Source of the DNA: Burkholderia sp. Ax-1724
GTDB lineage: Bacteria; Pseudomonadota; Gammaproteobacteria; Burkholderiales; Burkholderiaceae
Direction: 5' to 3'
NCBI RefSeq assembly: GCF_011752995.1
Contig: NZ_VWWL01000005.1
Span: 57,484 to 89,483, forward strand
Length of the DNA: 32,000 nucleotides
Shown here: one piece after another, positions 1-8,508 of the stretch
Numbering within the stretch: position 1 is the first letter of the stretch
Layout: each line of letters opens with the position of its first letter
The notes under the pieces: model-generated
Seen by the model: the letters and a program-made list of their open reading frames with translations, nothing else
Told to the model about the DNA's origin: nothing
Databases searched by the model: none
Translations under genes and position numbers: made by a program

Positions 1-1454
1 TCATCTCCGTGATGTGCTGCGATACCGTGAATCGCGGCCTCGCCTACGGTGACGGCAAGATCTTCCTGCAACAGGCCGACACCAAGCTCGTCGCGCTCAA
101 CGCGAAGACCGGCGAGGTGGTGTGGACCGCGCAGAACGGCAACCCGAAAGCGGGCGAAACCAACACCAACGCGCCGCACGTATTCGGCGACAAGGTGCTG
201 ACCGGCATCTCGGGCGGCGAGTTCGGCGTGCGCGGGCGTCTGATCGCTTACGACATCAAGACCGGCAAGCCGGTCTGGACCGCGTACAGCACCGGCCCCG
301 ACAACGAAATGCTGCTCGACCCGCAAAAGACGATGACGTATGCCGACGGCAAGATGGTGCCGGTGGGCGCGGATTCGTCGCTGAAGTCGTGGAAGGGCGA
401 CCAGTGGAAGCTCGGCGGCGGCACCACGTGGGGCTGGTATGCGTGGGACCCGAAGCTGAACCTTGTCTACTACGGCACCGGCAATCCGGGCACGTGGAAC
501 CCGACGCAACGCCCGGGCGACAACAAGTGGTCGATGTCGATCTTCGCGCGCGACCTGAATACCGGCATGGCCCGCTGGGTCTACCAGATGACCCCGCACG
601 ACGAATGGGACTATGACGGCGTCAACGAGATGATCCTGTCGGACCTCACCATCGACGGCAAGAAGGTGCCCGCGATCGTTCACTTCGACCGCAACGGCTT
701 CAGCTATACGCTCAATCGCGAAACCGGACAGCTGCTGGTCGCGCAGAAGTACGACCCGGCGGTGAACTGGGCCGATCGCGTCGATCTGCATAGCGGCCTG
801 CCGATTCGCAACGCGGCCTACTCGACCCAGGCGGCCGGTTCCGACCACAACGTGAAGGGCATCTGTCCGGCCGCGCTCGGCTCGAAAGACCAGCAGCCGG
901 CCGCGTTCGATCCGAACACGAACATGTTCCTCGTGCCGACCAACCATGTCTGCATGGACTACGAACCGTTCGATGTCGATTACGTGTCGGGCCAGCCGTA
1001 TGTCGGCGCGACGCTGTCGATGTATCCGGGCCCGAACGAGAACAATGCGATGGGCAACTTCATCGCGTGGGACGCGAGCAAGGGCAAGATCCTCTACTCG
1101 AAGCCGGAGAAGTTCTCGGTATGGTCGGGCGTGCTCGCCACCGGCGGCGGCATCGCCTTCTACGGCACGCTCGAAGGCTACCTGAAGGCGGTCCGCATCA
1201 AGGACGGCAAGGAACTGTGGCGCTTCAAGACGCCGTCGGGAATCATCGGCAACGTCTTCACCTACGAGTACCAGGGCAAGCAGTATGTCGGCGTGTACTC
1301 GGGCATCGGCGGCTGGGCCGGCATCGGCATGGCAGCCGGTCTGGAAAAGTCGAACGAAGGTCTCGGCGCGGTCGGCGGCTATCGTGAGCTGGCGAAGTAC
1401 ACGGCGCTCGGCGGCACGCTGTTCGTGTTCGCGATTCCTAACGAAAAGAGCTGA
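1..1454 (+). CDS. xoxF: PQQ-dependent methanol dehydrogenase large subunit, XoxF type (5' end cut by the window edge; frame runs from nt 3)
   Basis: Frame open from nt 3 to TGA 1452-1454 (track ORF 9..1454). The translation matches remembered MxaF/XoxF sequence along its length: vicinal Cys pair ([11 protein letters not shown]), [68 protein letters not shown] carries Asp (codon 615-617) where MxaF has Ala. This Asp is the residue associated with lanthanide coordination in XoxF. Confidence 0.85.
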   Translation, partial: ISVMCCDTVNRGLAYGDGKIFLQQADTKLVALNAKTGEVVWTAQNGNPKAGETNTNAPHVFGDKVLTGISGGEFGVRGRLIAYDIKTGKPVWTAYSTGPDNEMLLDPQKTMTYADGKMVPVGADSSLKSWKGDQWKLGGGTTWGWYAWDPKLNLVYYGTGNPGTWNPTQRPGDNKWSMSIFARDLNTGMARWVYQMTPHDEWDYDGVNEMILSDLTIDGKKVPAIVHFDRNGFSYTLNRETGQLLVAQKYDPAVNWADRVDLHSGLPIRNAAYSTQAAGSDHNVKGICPAALGSKDQQPAAFDPNTNMFLVPTNHVCMDYEPFDVDYVSGQPYVGATLSMYPGPNENNAMGNFIAWDASKGKILYSKPEKFSVWSGVLATGGGIAFYGTLEGYLKAVRIKDGKELWRFKTPSGIIGNVFTYEYQGKQYVGVYSGIGGWAGIGMAAGLEKSNEGLGAVGGYRELAKYTALGGTLFVFAIPNEKS

Positions 1455-1491
1455 ATGAGGCGTTGAACGAGCGGGGCCATCTGCACGGGCA

Positions 1492-1535
1492 CGGCCGGCG
1501 CATGGGTTGTATTCGATACAGTGCACCGGCCGTTT
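1492..1535 (+). terminator. Long imperfect hairpin with a short T tract between xoxF and the cytochrome gene (attenuator or mRNA-stabilising stem-loop candidate)
   Basis: Outer arms cggccggcgca (1492-1502) and tgcaccggccg (1522-1532) pair at 10 of 11 positions. An inner stem tgtat/ataca (1508-1512 / 1516-1520) closes a tcg loop. TTT follows at 1533-1535. It lies in the 174-nt gap after the xoxF stop. Confidence 0.35.
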
Positions 1536-1628
1536 CGTCAGCCTTGCTGGACCCACGCATTACCCCGCGCGCCCCGTTTGCGGATGAGTCGATGAAACCG
1601 GGGGCGCGCCCAACCAGGAGACAGATGC

Positions 1629-2051
1629 ATGAAAGGCCGATCAATCCTGTTGCTCGCGGCGTTGCCCGCCGCGTTCGTTCTGCTGCCCGCCGGATACGCC
1701 CAGAACAATGCCCCGAGTGCGCAGCAGGTTGCGTACAAGGTGGTCGACGGCAACAAGGTCGACAGCGCGACGCTGCTGGGATGGAAAACCTGGCGCGCGC
1801 TCGCTTGCGAACGCTGCCACGGCGCGCAGCAACAGGGCATGGTCGGGCCGTCGCTGATCGACGCGTTCAAGACGCTCGACAAGGACGAGTTTCACCGCAC
1901 GGTGTTCGGCGGACGGGTGGCCAAGGGCATGCCCGATTTCAGTTCGAGCCAGATGATGCAGAAGAACTGGGAAAACCTGTATGCGTATCTGAAGGGTCGC
2001 TCCGATGGGCAGATCAAGCCGGGCGATCTGCAAGCCATCGACGCCAAATAA
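1629..2051 (+). CDS. Periplasmic mono-haem c-type cytochrome in the XoxG position (probable electron acceptor of the dehydrogenase)
   Basis: 140 aa. Signal peptide MKGRSILLLAALPAAFVLLPAGYAQ. Single CXXCH haem motif (CERCHG). AGGAG at 1616-1620, 8 nt upstream of ATG 1629. Sits directly downstream of xoxF. Confidence 0.8.
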   Translation: MKGRSILLLAALPAAFVLLPAGYAQNNAPSAQQVAYKVVDGNKVDSATLLGWKTWRALACERCHGAQQQGMVGPSLIDAFKTLDKDEFHRTVFGGRVAKGMPDFSSSQMMQKNWENLYAYLKGRSDGQIKPGDLQAIDAK

Positions 2052-2084
2052 CGCGTGGCGCTGTCATTCTTCCGGAGGCTCACG

Positions 2085-2996
2085 ATGCGTGATAAGAGAA
2101 GCATGTCCGTGCATGTCGCCGTTATCGCCGGCGCGCTCTGTTGCGCGGCGCTCGCCAGCGCCGCGGTCCGGGCGGACGGCCCGGCGCTGCCGAACAACGA
2201 CGGCGCGGACGGCGTGCTCAGAGTGTGCGCGGACCCGAACAACATGCCGTTGTCGAACAACAAGGGCGAGGGCTACGAGAACCGCATCGCGAGTCAGATG
2301 GCGAGCGATTTCGGCTACAAGCTCGAATACACGTATTTTCCGCAGCGCATGGGCTTCGTGCGCCACACGCTGCGCGAGAAGGAGGAGGGCAGCGAGCGCT
2401 TCAAGTGCGACCTGATCATCGGCGTGCCGAAGGGCTACGACATGACCTCGACGACGCAGCCGTATCTGCGCTCGACCTATGCGATGGTGCTGCCGAACCG
2501 TCCCGAGTTCGCGAACATCAAGACACCTGACGATCTGCTCAAGCTGCCGCCCGACGTGCTGCACAAGCTGCGCTTCGGCATCTTTACGCAGACGCCAGCC
2601 GTGGACTGGCTGCTCGGCCATAACCTGATCGACCAGGCCGTGTCGTACCGCGTACAAAGCGGCGATCCGGCCGAATACCCGGGGCAGATGATCGAGCAGG
2701 ACCTGCGCGCGGGCAACGTCGACGTGGTGTTCCTGTGGGGGCCGATTGCCGGCTACTTTGCGAAGCGCGCCGGCGATTCAGTCCGGCTCGTGCCGTTCCC
2801 GGCGGGGCCCGGCATCCGCTTCGACTATACGATCTCGATGGGCGTGCGTTACGGCGAGAAGGCATGGAAGGACAAGGTGGATCAATGGATCGGCGCGAAT
2901 CACGAGAAGATCGACGGCATCCTCGCCACCTACGAGGTGCCGATGCTCAAACCGGTCGACGTGCCGGCGCCGAAGCCGGGCGACGCGACCCAGTGA
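2085..2996 (+). CDS. Quinoprotein-dehydrogenase-associated periplasmic substrate-binding protein (MoxJ/XoxJ-like)
   Basis: Track ORF 2055..2996. I prefer ATG 2085 because GGAGG (2074-2078) lies 6 nt upstream. Signal peptide present. LRVCADPNNMPLSNNKGEGYENRIA ... CDLIIGVPKGYDM ... YLRSTYAMV matches the remembered MoxJ-type family found next to PQQ dehydrogenases. Confidence 0.8.
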   Translation: MRDKRSMSVHVAVIAGALCCAALASAAVRADGPALPNNDGADGVLRVCADPNNMPLSNNKGEGYENRIASQMASDFGYKLEYTYFPQRMGFVRHTLREKEEGSERFKCDLIIGVPKGYDMTSTTQPYLRSTYAMVLPNRPEFANIKTPDDLLKLPPDVLHKLRFGIFTQTPAVDWLLGHNLIDQAVSYRVQSGDPAEYPGQMIEQDLRAGNVDVVFLWGPIAGYFAKRAGDSVRLVPFPAGPGIRFDYTISMGVRYGEKAWKDKVDQWIGANHEKIDGILATYEVPMLKPVDVPAPKPGDATQ

Positions 2997-3742
2997 GGCC
3001 GCCGCGGCGCGCGTGGCTGCGCGCGCTCGGCGCCGTGGCGCTGGGGATGGCGGGGGTGCTGGCGGTCATGCCGTCCGCGGCATGGGCGGCGGCCGGCGAC
3101 GACATCACGCCGGCCGAGCGTCTGATCTTCCTGACCGATCATCTGCATGGCGTCGCCGCGCAGACCGAACTCGATTACGCGCTGATCGATTCCAGGCAGC
3201 CGTCGCATAGCGCCGACACCATCAAGGTGCTCGTGGTGAGCGAGGACAACGCGAAGGGCGACGCGCAGGTCTCGGACCATAGCGGCAGCGTCGCGTTGCC
3301 GATCGGCGGGCTGCAGTGCAATCCGGCGATCATCTATTTTCTGGAGCACGACATCGCGGAGATGCAGGGCCTGACAGGCGGCCAGCGCCGCTATTTCCAG
3401 CAGCGCCTGCGCCTTGCACTCGCGGCGGGGCCGCGCATCGAGACCGTGCCGGGCGAGGTCGGCGGCAAGCAGGTCCGAGCGCGGCGCATCGTCGTGCAGC
3501 CTTATCTGAACGATCCGAACGCCGAGCGTTTCGCGCAATACACCGGAAAGCGCTACACATTCCTGCTCGCCGACGACGTGCCCGGCCAGGTCATGCAGAT
3601 TCGCACCGACGTGCCGGGGCCGAACAACGACTTCGCGCATCCGGCGCACACGGAGACGCTGAGCTTCCAGTCGGTGCTGCGCAAGTTGCCGCCGGGGCAG
3701 GCGCCGGTCAAGCCGTCGAACGCGCCGAGGGCGAGCCGTTGA
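2993..3742 (+). CDS. Secreted hypothetical protein (249 aa), translationally coupled to the XoxJ-like gene
   Basis: In-frame GTG 2993-2995 overlaps the upstream TGA 2994-2996 (GTGA). N-terminus VRPPRRAWLRALGAVALGMAGVLAVMPSAAWA|AAGDD looks like an RR-containing signal peptide with an AxA cleavage site. The remaining composition is ordinary for a protein. I recognise no family. Confidence 0.6.
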   Translation: MRPPRRAWLRALGAVALGMAGVLAVMPSAAWAAAGDDITPAERLIFLTDHLHGVAAQTELDYALIDSRQPSHSADTIKVLVVSEDNAKGDAQVSDHSGSVALPIGGLQCNPAIIYFLEHDIAEMQGLTGGQRRYFQQRLRLALAAGPRIETVPGEVGGKQVRARRIVVQPYLNDPNAERFAQYTGKRYTFLLADDVPGQVMQIRTDVPGPNNDFAHPAHTETLSFQSVLRKLPPGQAPVKPSNAPRASR

Positions 3743-3927
3743 ACGGGTGCGGCACGCGCCGCTGCGTTGCCGCGTGATCGTGCTGTACGCGTGCCGGGCG
3801 GGTTCGCATGCGCATGTGTGTTCGCACGTGCTCACGCGTTTGCCTGTGCTTACGCATGCATGCGCGGTTCGCGGCGTTTTTCCGCCACCACCCTCACCCC
3901 GTTTGATCCTCGCATTGGAGCCTACGC

Positions 3928-4269
3928 ATGCTGATCGACACCAAGGACTACACACCGAAGCTGATGGCGGCCATCGGCCAACTCGGCACCGCCACGCCGG
4001 CCACCCTGGCGGGCTACCAGGCGCTCGACGGCGCCGCCGCCAAGGGCGGCAAGCTCGATGCGAAAACGCGCGAGCTGATCTCGCTCGCGGTCGCCGTGAC
4101 GACCCGTTGCGACGGCTGCATCGCCGTGCATAGCGCGGCGGCCGCGCGCGCCGGGGCGAGCCGCGAAGAGGTGGCCGAAGCGCTCTCGGTGGCGATCGCC
4201 ATGAATGCGGGCGCGGCGCTCGTCTATTCGGCGCGCGCGCTCGACGCGTTCGGCCAGCAGAGCGGCTAG
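3928..4269 (+). CDS. Carboxymuconolactone decarboxylase / AhpD-like family protein (CxxC redox motif)
   Basis: 113 aa. TRELISLAVAVTTRCDGCIAVHS is the typical AhpD-core CxxC-containing helix. GGAG lies 8 nt upstream of ATG 3928. Confidence 0.8.
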   Translation: MLIDTKDYTPKLMAAIGQLGTATPATLAGYQALDGAAAKGGKLDAKTRELISLAVAVTTRCDGCIAVHSAAAARAGASREEVAEALSVAIAMNAGAALVYSARALDAFGQQSG

Positions 4270-4274
4270 TTCCG

Positions 4275-5282
4275 ATGCCGGGCGGGCGCTTCGCGACGAA
4301 CCGGGTCAAGCTGAATTTCATTCGCACGCTGACCCTGCGGCAGTTGCAGATTTTCGTCGTGGCGAGCCGCTACACGAGTTTCGCGCGCGCGGCCGAGGAA
4401 CTGCATCTGACGCAGCCGGCCGTGTCGATGCAGATCCGCCAACTCGAGGACGCGGTCGGGCTGCGTCTGTTTGAACGCGTCGCGCGCAAGCTCACGCTCA
4501 CCGAGGCGGGCGAGGTGCTCACGCATCGAGCGAGCCGCATCCTCGGCGAAATCAAGGACGCCGAAGACGCGATGATGTCGCTCAAGCAGGCCGACAGCGG
4601 CTCGATCAACGTCGGCATCGTCAGTTCCGCGACCTACTTCGCGCCGAAACTGCTCGCGCTCTATTCGCATCTGTACCCGAAGGTCGACGTGCACTTTTCG
4701 GTCGGCAATCGCGATGCGCTGCTGCGGCTTCTACAGGACAACGCGATCGACCTCGCGATCATGGGCCGCCCGCCGCCCGAACTCGACACGACCACGGAGC
4801 CGCTCGCGAGCCATCCGCAGGTCGTGATCGCGCCGCTCGATCATCCCTTGTGCGGCGCGCGCCGTTTCGATCTTCAGGAGCTGCGCGGCGATACGTTCCT
4901 GCTGCGCGAACCGGGCTCGGGCACGCGCATGGCCGCCGAGACGATGTTTCGCCAGCACCTCTTCACGCCCGCGAAGGTCGTTACGCTCGGCAGCAACGAA
5001 ACGATCAAGCAGGCCGTGATGGCGGGCATGGGCGTGAGCCTGATCTCGCTGCATACGCTGCTGCTCGAACTGCGCACCGGCGAGATCGCGCTGCTCGACG
5101 TGAACGGCACACCCATCGAGCGCACCTGGCAGATCGTGCATCTGCGCACGAAGCCGCTTTCGCCGACCACGACGATGTTCCGCCAGTTTCTGCTCGACCA
5201 TGCGGCGACGCATCTGGAGCGCGAGTACGCGGAATTCGCGAACCGGTTGGCGAAGCCTGCGGCCGGCACGGGGCGGGGATAG
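4275..5282 (+). CDS. LysR-family transcriptional regulator, CbbR-like
   Basis: 335 aa. LTLRQLQIFVVASRYTSFARAAEELHLTQPAVSMQIRQLE and LLRLLQDNAIDLAIMGRPP closely resemble remembered Cupriavidus CbbR (LTLRQLQIFVTVARHASFVRAAEELHLTQPAVSMQVKQLE; LLRLLQDNAIDLALMGRPP). The only in-frame start is ATG 4275, 5 nt after the upstream stop. Confidence 0.85.
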   Translation: MPGGRFATNRVKLNFIRTLTLRQLQIFVVASRYTSFARAAEELHLTQPAVSMQIRQLEDAVGLRLFERVARKLTLTEAGEVLTHRASRILGEIKDAEDAMMSLKQADSGSINVGIVSSATYFAPKLLALYSHLYPKVDVHFSVGNRDALLRLLQDNAIDLAIMGRPPPELDTTTEPLASHPQVVIAPLDHPLCGARRFDLQELRGDTFLLREPGSGTRMAAETMFRQHLFTPAKVVTLGSNETIKQAVMAGMGVSLISLHTLLLELRTGEIALLDVNGTPIERTWQIVHLRTKPLSPTTTMFRQFLLDHAATHLEREYAEFANRLAKPAAGTGRG

Positions 5283-5365
5283 GTGCCGGCTTTGTTCAGC
5301 GCGTATGAGCTTCACGTGCGCCGCTATCGCCGATGGCACAGTGTGTACCCGCATGCCGTGACAGG

Positions 5366-5391
5366 CTGACAAGTATTCCTGACAGATATTC
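5366..5391. promoter_or_regulatory. Tandem 13-bp direct repeat upstream of the moxR operon (candidate regulator binding site)
   Basis: ctgacaagtattc (5366-5378) is followed immediately by ctgacagatattc (5379-5391), 11 of 13 identical. A third TGACA sits at 5359-5363. The site is about 190 nt upstream of ATG 5583. Confidence 0.3.
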
Positions 5392-5582
5392 GCAAGCGAC
5401 ATACCTCGTGCCGCGCATGGGCGCGATCGGCACAAACCGTGCTTGACCCGATGCCGGCGAGCTGCGAGCGCGGCACGCGGCGAGGCCGGCAGGATCGCGA
5501 ACAGTTACACGCACAGGCACGCGAGCAAGGCCTGCGCGCAGGCACAGGCAAGCCCACCATCCACCCGGAGGAGATCGCAGCG

Positions 5583-6605
5583 ATGAGTTCCGGCGAGCAG
5601 CTTCAGGACTGGCGCTCTCACGCCCAGCAGATCGAAAACGAAGTCGCCAAGGTCGTCATCGGCCAGCAGCAGACCCTGAGGCTCATCAACGTTGCGCTGT
5701 TCGCCCGGGGTCACGTGCTGCTCGAAGGCGGGGTCGGGGTCGGCAAGACCACGGTGTTGCGGGCGTTCGCGCACGTGGTCGGCGGCGAGTTCGAGCGCGT
5801 CGAAGGCACGATCGACCTGATGCCGGGCGACCTCGTCTATCACACCTATGTCGACGCCGACGGCAAGCCGCGCATCGAACCGGGCCCGCTCTTGCGGCAC
5901 GGCGAGCAGTTGACCACCTTCTTCTTCAACGAGATCAACCGCGCGCGTCCGCAGGTGCAGTCGCTCCTGCTGCGCGCGATGGCCGAGCGTTCGGTGCTCG
6001 CGTTCGGCCGCGAGCACCGTTTTCCGCACATGACCGTGTTCGCGGACCGCAACAAGGTCGAGAAGGAAGAAACCTTCGAACTGGCTTCGGCCGCGCGCGA
6101 CCGCTTCCTGTTCGAGCTGAACATGCCGACGCCCGCCGACGAGGACGCGCGGCGCGCGCTCGTATTCGACACGGCGTTTCATGACGTCGACCGCCTGCTC
6201 TCGCAACTGACGGCGTCGGTCGTGCCGTGGCAGCAGTTGAACGCGATCGGCGCGGCGATCCAGCAGGGCGTGCAGGCGAGCGAGGCGATCGAGCGCTACG
6301 TGCTCGACATCTGGCAGGCGACGGAAACGCCGCTGCGCTTCGGCATCACGCTCGACGGCGTCGACATGCAGCAACTGATTCTCGCGGGCGCGAGCCCGCG
6401 CGGCATGAGCGCGCTATTGCGCGCCGCGCGCGTGGTCGCATGGCTCGCGGGCCGCTCGCATCTGATACCGGAGGACATTCACGAAGTGCTGCTGCCGGCG
6501 CTCGGGCATCGCGTGTTCTTCACGCCGATCTACGAGTTGCGCCGCCAGGAACTCGCCGAGGCGCTGATCTTGCAGATCATGGCCAAGGTCGCGGTGCCGC
6601 GCTGA
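5583..6605 (+). CDS. moxR: MoxR-family AAA+ ATPase (MxaR position)
   Basis: Track ORF 5439..6605. I start at ATG 5583 (MSSGEQLQDW), with GGAGGAG about 10 nt upstream. Walker A LLEGGVGVGKTT, Walker B-like region FFFNEINRA, and typical MoxR C-terminal GASPRG. Confidence 0.85.
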   Translation: MSSGEQLQDWRSHAQQIENEVAKVVIGQQQTLRLINVALFARGHVLLEGGVGVGKTTVLRAFAHVVGGEFERVEGTIDLMPGDLVYHTYVDADGKPRIEPGPLLRHGEQLTTFFFNEINRARPQVQSLLLRAMAERSVLAFGREHRFPHMTVFADRNKVEKEETFELASAARDRFLFELNMPTPADEDARRALVFDTAFHDVDRLLSQLTASVVPWQQLNAIGAAIQQGVQASEAIERYVLDIWQATETPLRFGITLDGVDMQQLILAGASPRGMSALLRAARVVAWLAGRSHLIPEDIHEVLLPALGHRVFFTPIYELRRQELAEALILQIMAKVAVPR

Positions 6606-6634
6606 ACGCACGGGCCCTGGAACCGATCCGGATC

Positions 6635-7498
6635 ATGAACGGCACCGCGGAATTCCACTACCGTTTGCCGATACGCGCGGGCGGCGCGCGGCCCGGTTCG
6701 CATCAAGGCGCGAGCTTCGGCTCGGGGCAGCAGTTCGCGATGCACGGGCGGCTGTTCGACTATCCCGACCCGCGCCGTCTCGATCTGCGTGCGAGCCTGC
6801 GCGCGGCGCGCTCGGAATGGCTCGTGCGGGTCCATCTGCAACGCGTGGCGGTGCAGGTGATCGTGATCGTCGACGTCTCGGCGTCGATGCGGTTCGGCTC
6901 GCGTCAGACCAAGCTGCACGTGGCCGCCGATTTCGTCGAGGCGCTCGGCTACAGCGCGTTTCGCGTCGGCGACCGGCTCGGCATGCTCGCATTCGATGCG
7001 AGCGAGCGCGACGATCTCTTCGTGCCCGCGCGCAATGGCCGCGGCATGGGCCATCTGCTCGCGACGATGCTGCGCGAGTGTACGAGCCATGCGGCCGGGC
7101 GCGGCGCGCGCGAAGGATTGCACCGCTGCGTGACGCGTCTTGCCGGACGCCAGGCGCTCGTGTTCGTGGTGTCCGACTTTCATTGGCCGCTCGCGCAACT
7201 GTCGCCGGTGCTCGACATGCTCGTACATGCCTGCGTGGTGCCGATGGTCGTGTGGGACGAGGCGGAGATCGCGCCGCCGCGTCATGCGTCGCTGCTGGCC
7301 GTCAACGATGCCGAGTCGGGCGAGGAGCGCATGGTGTGGCTGCGCGGCGATATGCGCGAGCGCTGGCGCGATGGGGTCGCGCGCCGCCGAGAGGAACTGG
7401 CCGGCGTGTTCGGCGCGCGCGGCATCCGGCCGTTCTATGTCGAAGGCGGGTTCGATCCCGAAGCGATGTCGCGCTACTTTCTGGAGATGACGGCATGA
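6635..7498 (+). CDS. DUF58 / VWA-fold protein (MxaS position)
   Basis: Real start is ATG 6635 (MNGTAEFHY) within track ORF 6227..7498, 29 nt after the moxR stop. MIDAS-like VIVIVDVSASM and later VFVVSDF are typical of DUF58 partners of MoxR. Confidence 0.75.
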   Translation: MNGTAEFHYRLPIRAGGARPGSHQGASFGSGQQFAMHGRLFDYPDPRRLDLRASLRAARSEWLVRVHLQRVAVQVIVIVDVSASMRFGSRQTKLHVAADFVEALGYSAFRVGDRLGMLAFDASERDDLFVPARNGRGMGHLLATMLRECTSHAAGRGAREGLHRCVTRLAGRQALVFVVSDFHWPLAQLSPVLDMLVHACVVPMVVWDEAEIAPPRHASLLAVNDAESGEERMVWLRGDMRERWRDGVARRREELAGVFGARGIRPFYVEGGFDPEAMSRYFLEMTA

Positions 7499-8508
7499 GA
7501 TCGTGCGGGCTTCGGCGTGCGCTTCGATGCGGCTTCATCCGTGCGTTGAAGGAGCCGGCGCGGCGCGCGTCGCGGCTGGTGGCAGCCGGTGTTGCAAGTG
7601 TTGCATGTGCTGTGTTTGCTGCGTTTGCCGTGTATGCCGCGTTTGCGCTGAGCGGCAACGCGGCGACGGCCGCCACAGCCACAGCCGCCACGACCGCGAC
7701 CGTCATCGCCACCGTGCAGGAGCCCCGCGCATTCGGCTACGTACTCGGCGACGTGCTGACGCAACGCGTGCTATTGCAGGCCAACGGCCAGGACCTCGGC
7801 GTGGTCACGCCGCCTTCGGTCGGCCGCACTGGTCTCTGGCTCGAACGCCGGCCCGTGTCGCTCGAAACCGATGCGGACGGCCGCCAGTGGATGGTGATCG
7901 CGTATCAGGTCGTCAACGCGCCGCAGACGCTCACGCAAATCGCGCTGCCCGCGTTGACGCTGAGTTCGGCCGCCGGCCAGCAACTGCAGGTGGCCGAATG
8001 GCCCGCGAGCATCGGCCCGCTGACGCCCGCGAATCCGTTTGCCGGCGGCGATCTGCTGCCGTTGCGGCCCGATCGCGCGGCACCCTTGCCGACGACGGCC
8101 GGCCTGCGCCGCCAGATCGCGTGGGCGCTCGGCCTGTTGCTGGCGACGCTGCTCGCGTGGGCCGGCTGGTGGGGCTGGCGCAATCGGCGCGAGTCGGCGC
8201 GGTTGCCGTTCGCGCGCGCATGGCGGCGCATGCAGGGACTCGCGGACCCGCAGGCGGCGGCTTCGAGCGATGCCTGGTTCTGTCTGCATCAGGCGCTCAA
8301 CGAAACGGCCGGGCAGGTCGTGCATGCGGGCTCGCTACCTGGCCTCTTCGCGCGCGCGCCGCATCTGCAACCGCTGCGCGCGCAGCTCGAACGCTTCTAT
8401 CAGGTGTCGGCGGAGCGTTTCTTCGCGCCCGCGCCGCCTGCCGCCGAGTTTCCGTTGCAGGCGCTGTGCCGCGCGCTGTATCGGGCCGAACGGCGCCATC
8501 AGCGATGA
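7495..8508 (+). CDS. Membrane-anchored protein, MxaA-like by position and architecture
   Basis: ATG 7495-7497 overlaps TGA 7496-7498 (ATGA). N-terminal hydrophobic segment plus an Ala/Thr tract, then a soluble domain. A late TM segment (IAWALGLLLATLLAWAGWWGW) is followed by a basic tail. 337 aa. The family call is from gene order only. Confidence 0.55.
   Translation: MRSCGLRRALRCGFIRALKEPARRASRLVAAGVASVACAVFAAFAVYAAFALSGNAATAATATAATTATVIATVQEPRAFGYVLGDVLTQRVLLQANGQDLGVVTPPSVGRTGLWLERRPVSLETDADGRQWMVIAYQVVNAPQTLTQIALPALTLSSAAGQQLQVAEWPASIGPLTPANPFAGGDLLPLRPDRAAPLPTTAGLRRQIAWALGLLLATLLAWAGWWGWRNRRESARLPFARAWRRMQGLADPQAAASSDAWFCLHQALNETAGQVVHAGSLPGLFARAPHLQPLRAQLERFYQVSAERFFAPAPPAAEFPLQALCRALYRAERRHQR

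Noticed and set aside
2930-4327. 465-aa minus-strand ORF
   Set aside because: It is antisense to the secreted protein and the AhpD-like gene. It has extreme Arg/Pro/Ala/Ser composition and no recognisable domain.
5334-5348. TGGCAC at 5334-5339 as a sigma-54 -24 element upstream of moxR
   Set aside because: The -12 position reads GTAC instead of TTGC, so the invariant GC dinucleotide is missing at the correct spacing. Other TGGC-containing stretches (12641 region, 17642 region, minus strand near 27870) also fail the GG-N10-GC spacing.
7660-7712. Repetitive GCC/ACC/ACA codon tract (AATAATATAATTATV) in the MxaA-like gene
   Set aside because: It is an in-frame Ala/Thr low-complexity linker after the N-terminal hydrophobic segment. 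It is imperfect and short. It could vary in length between strains, but there is no evidence of a functional repeat element.
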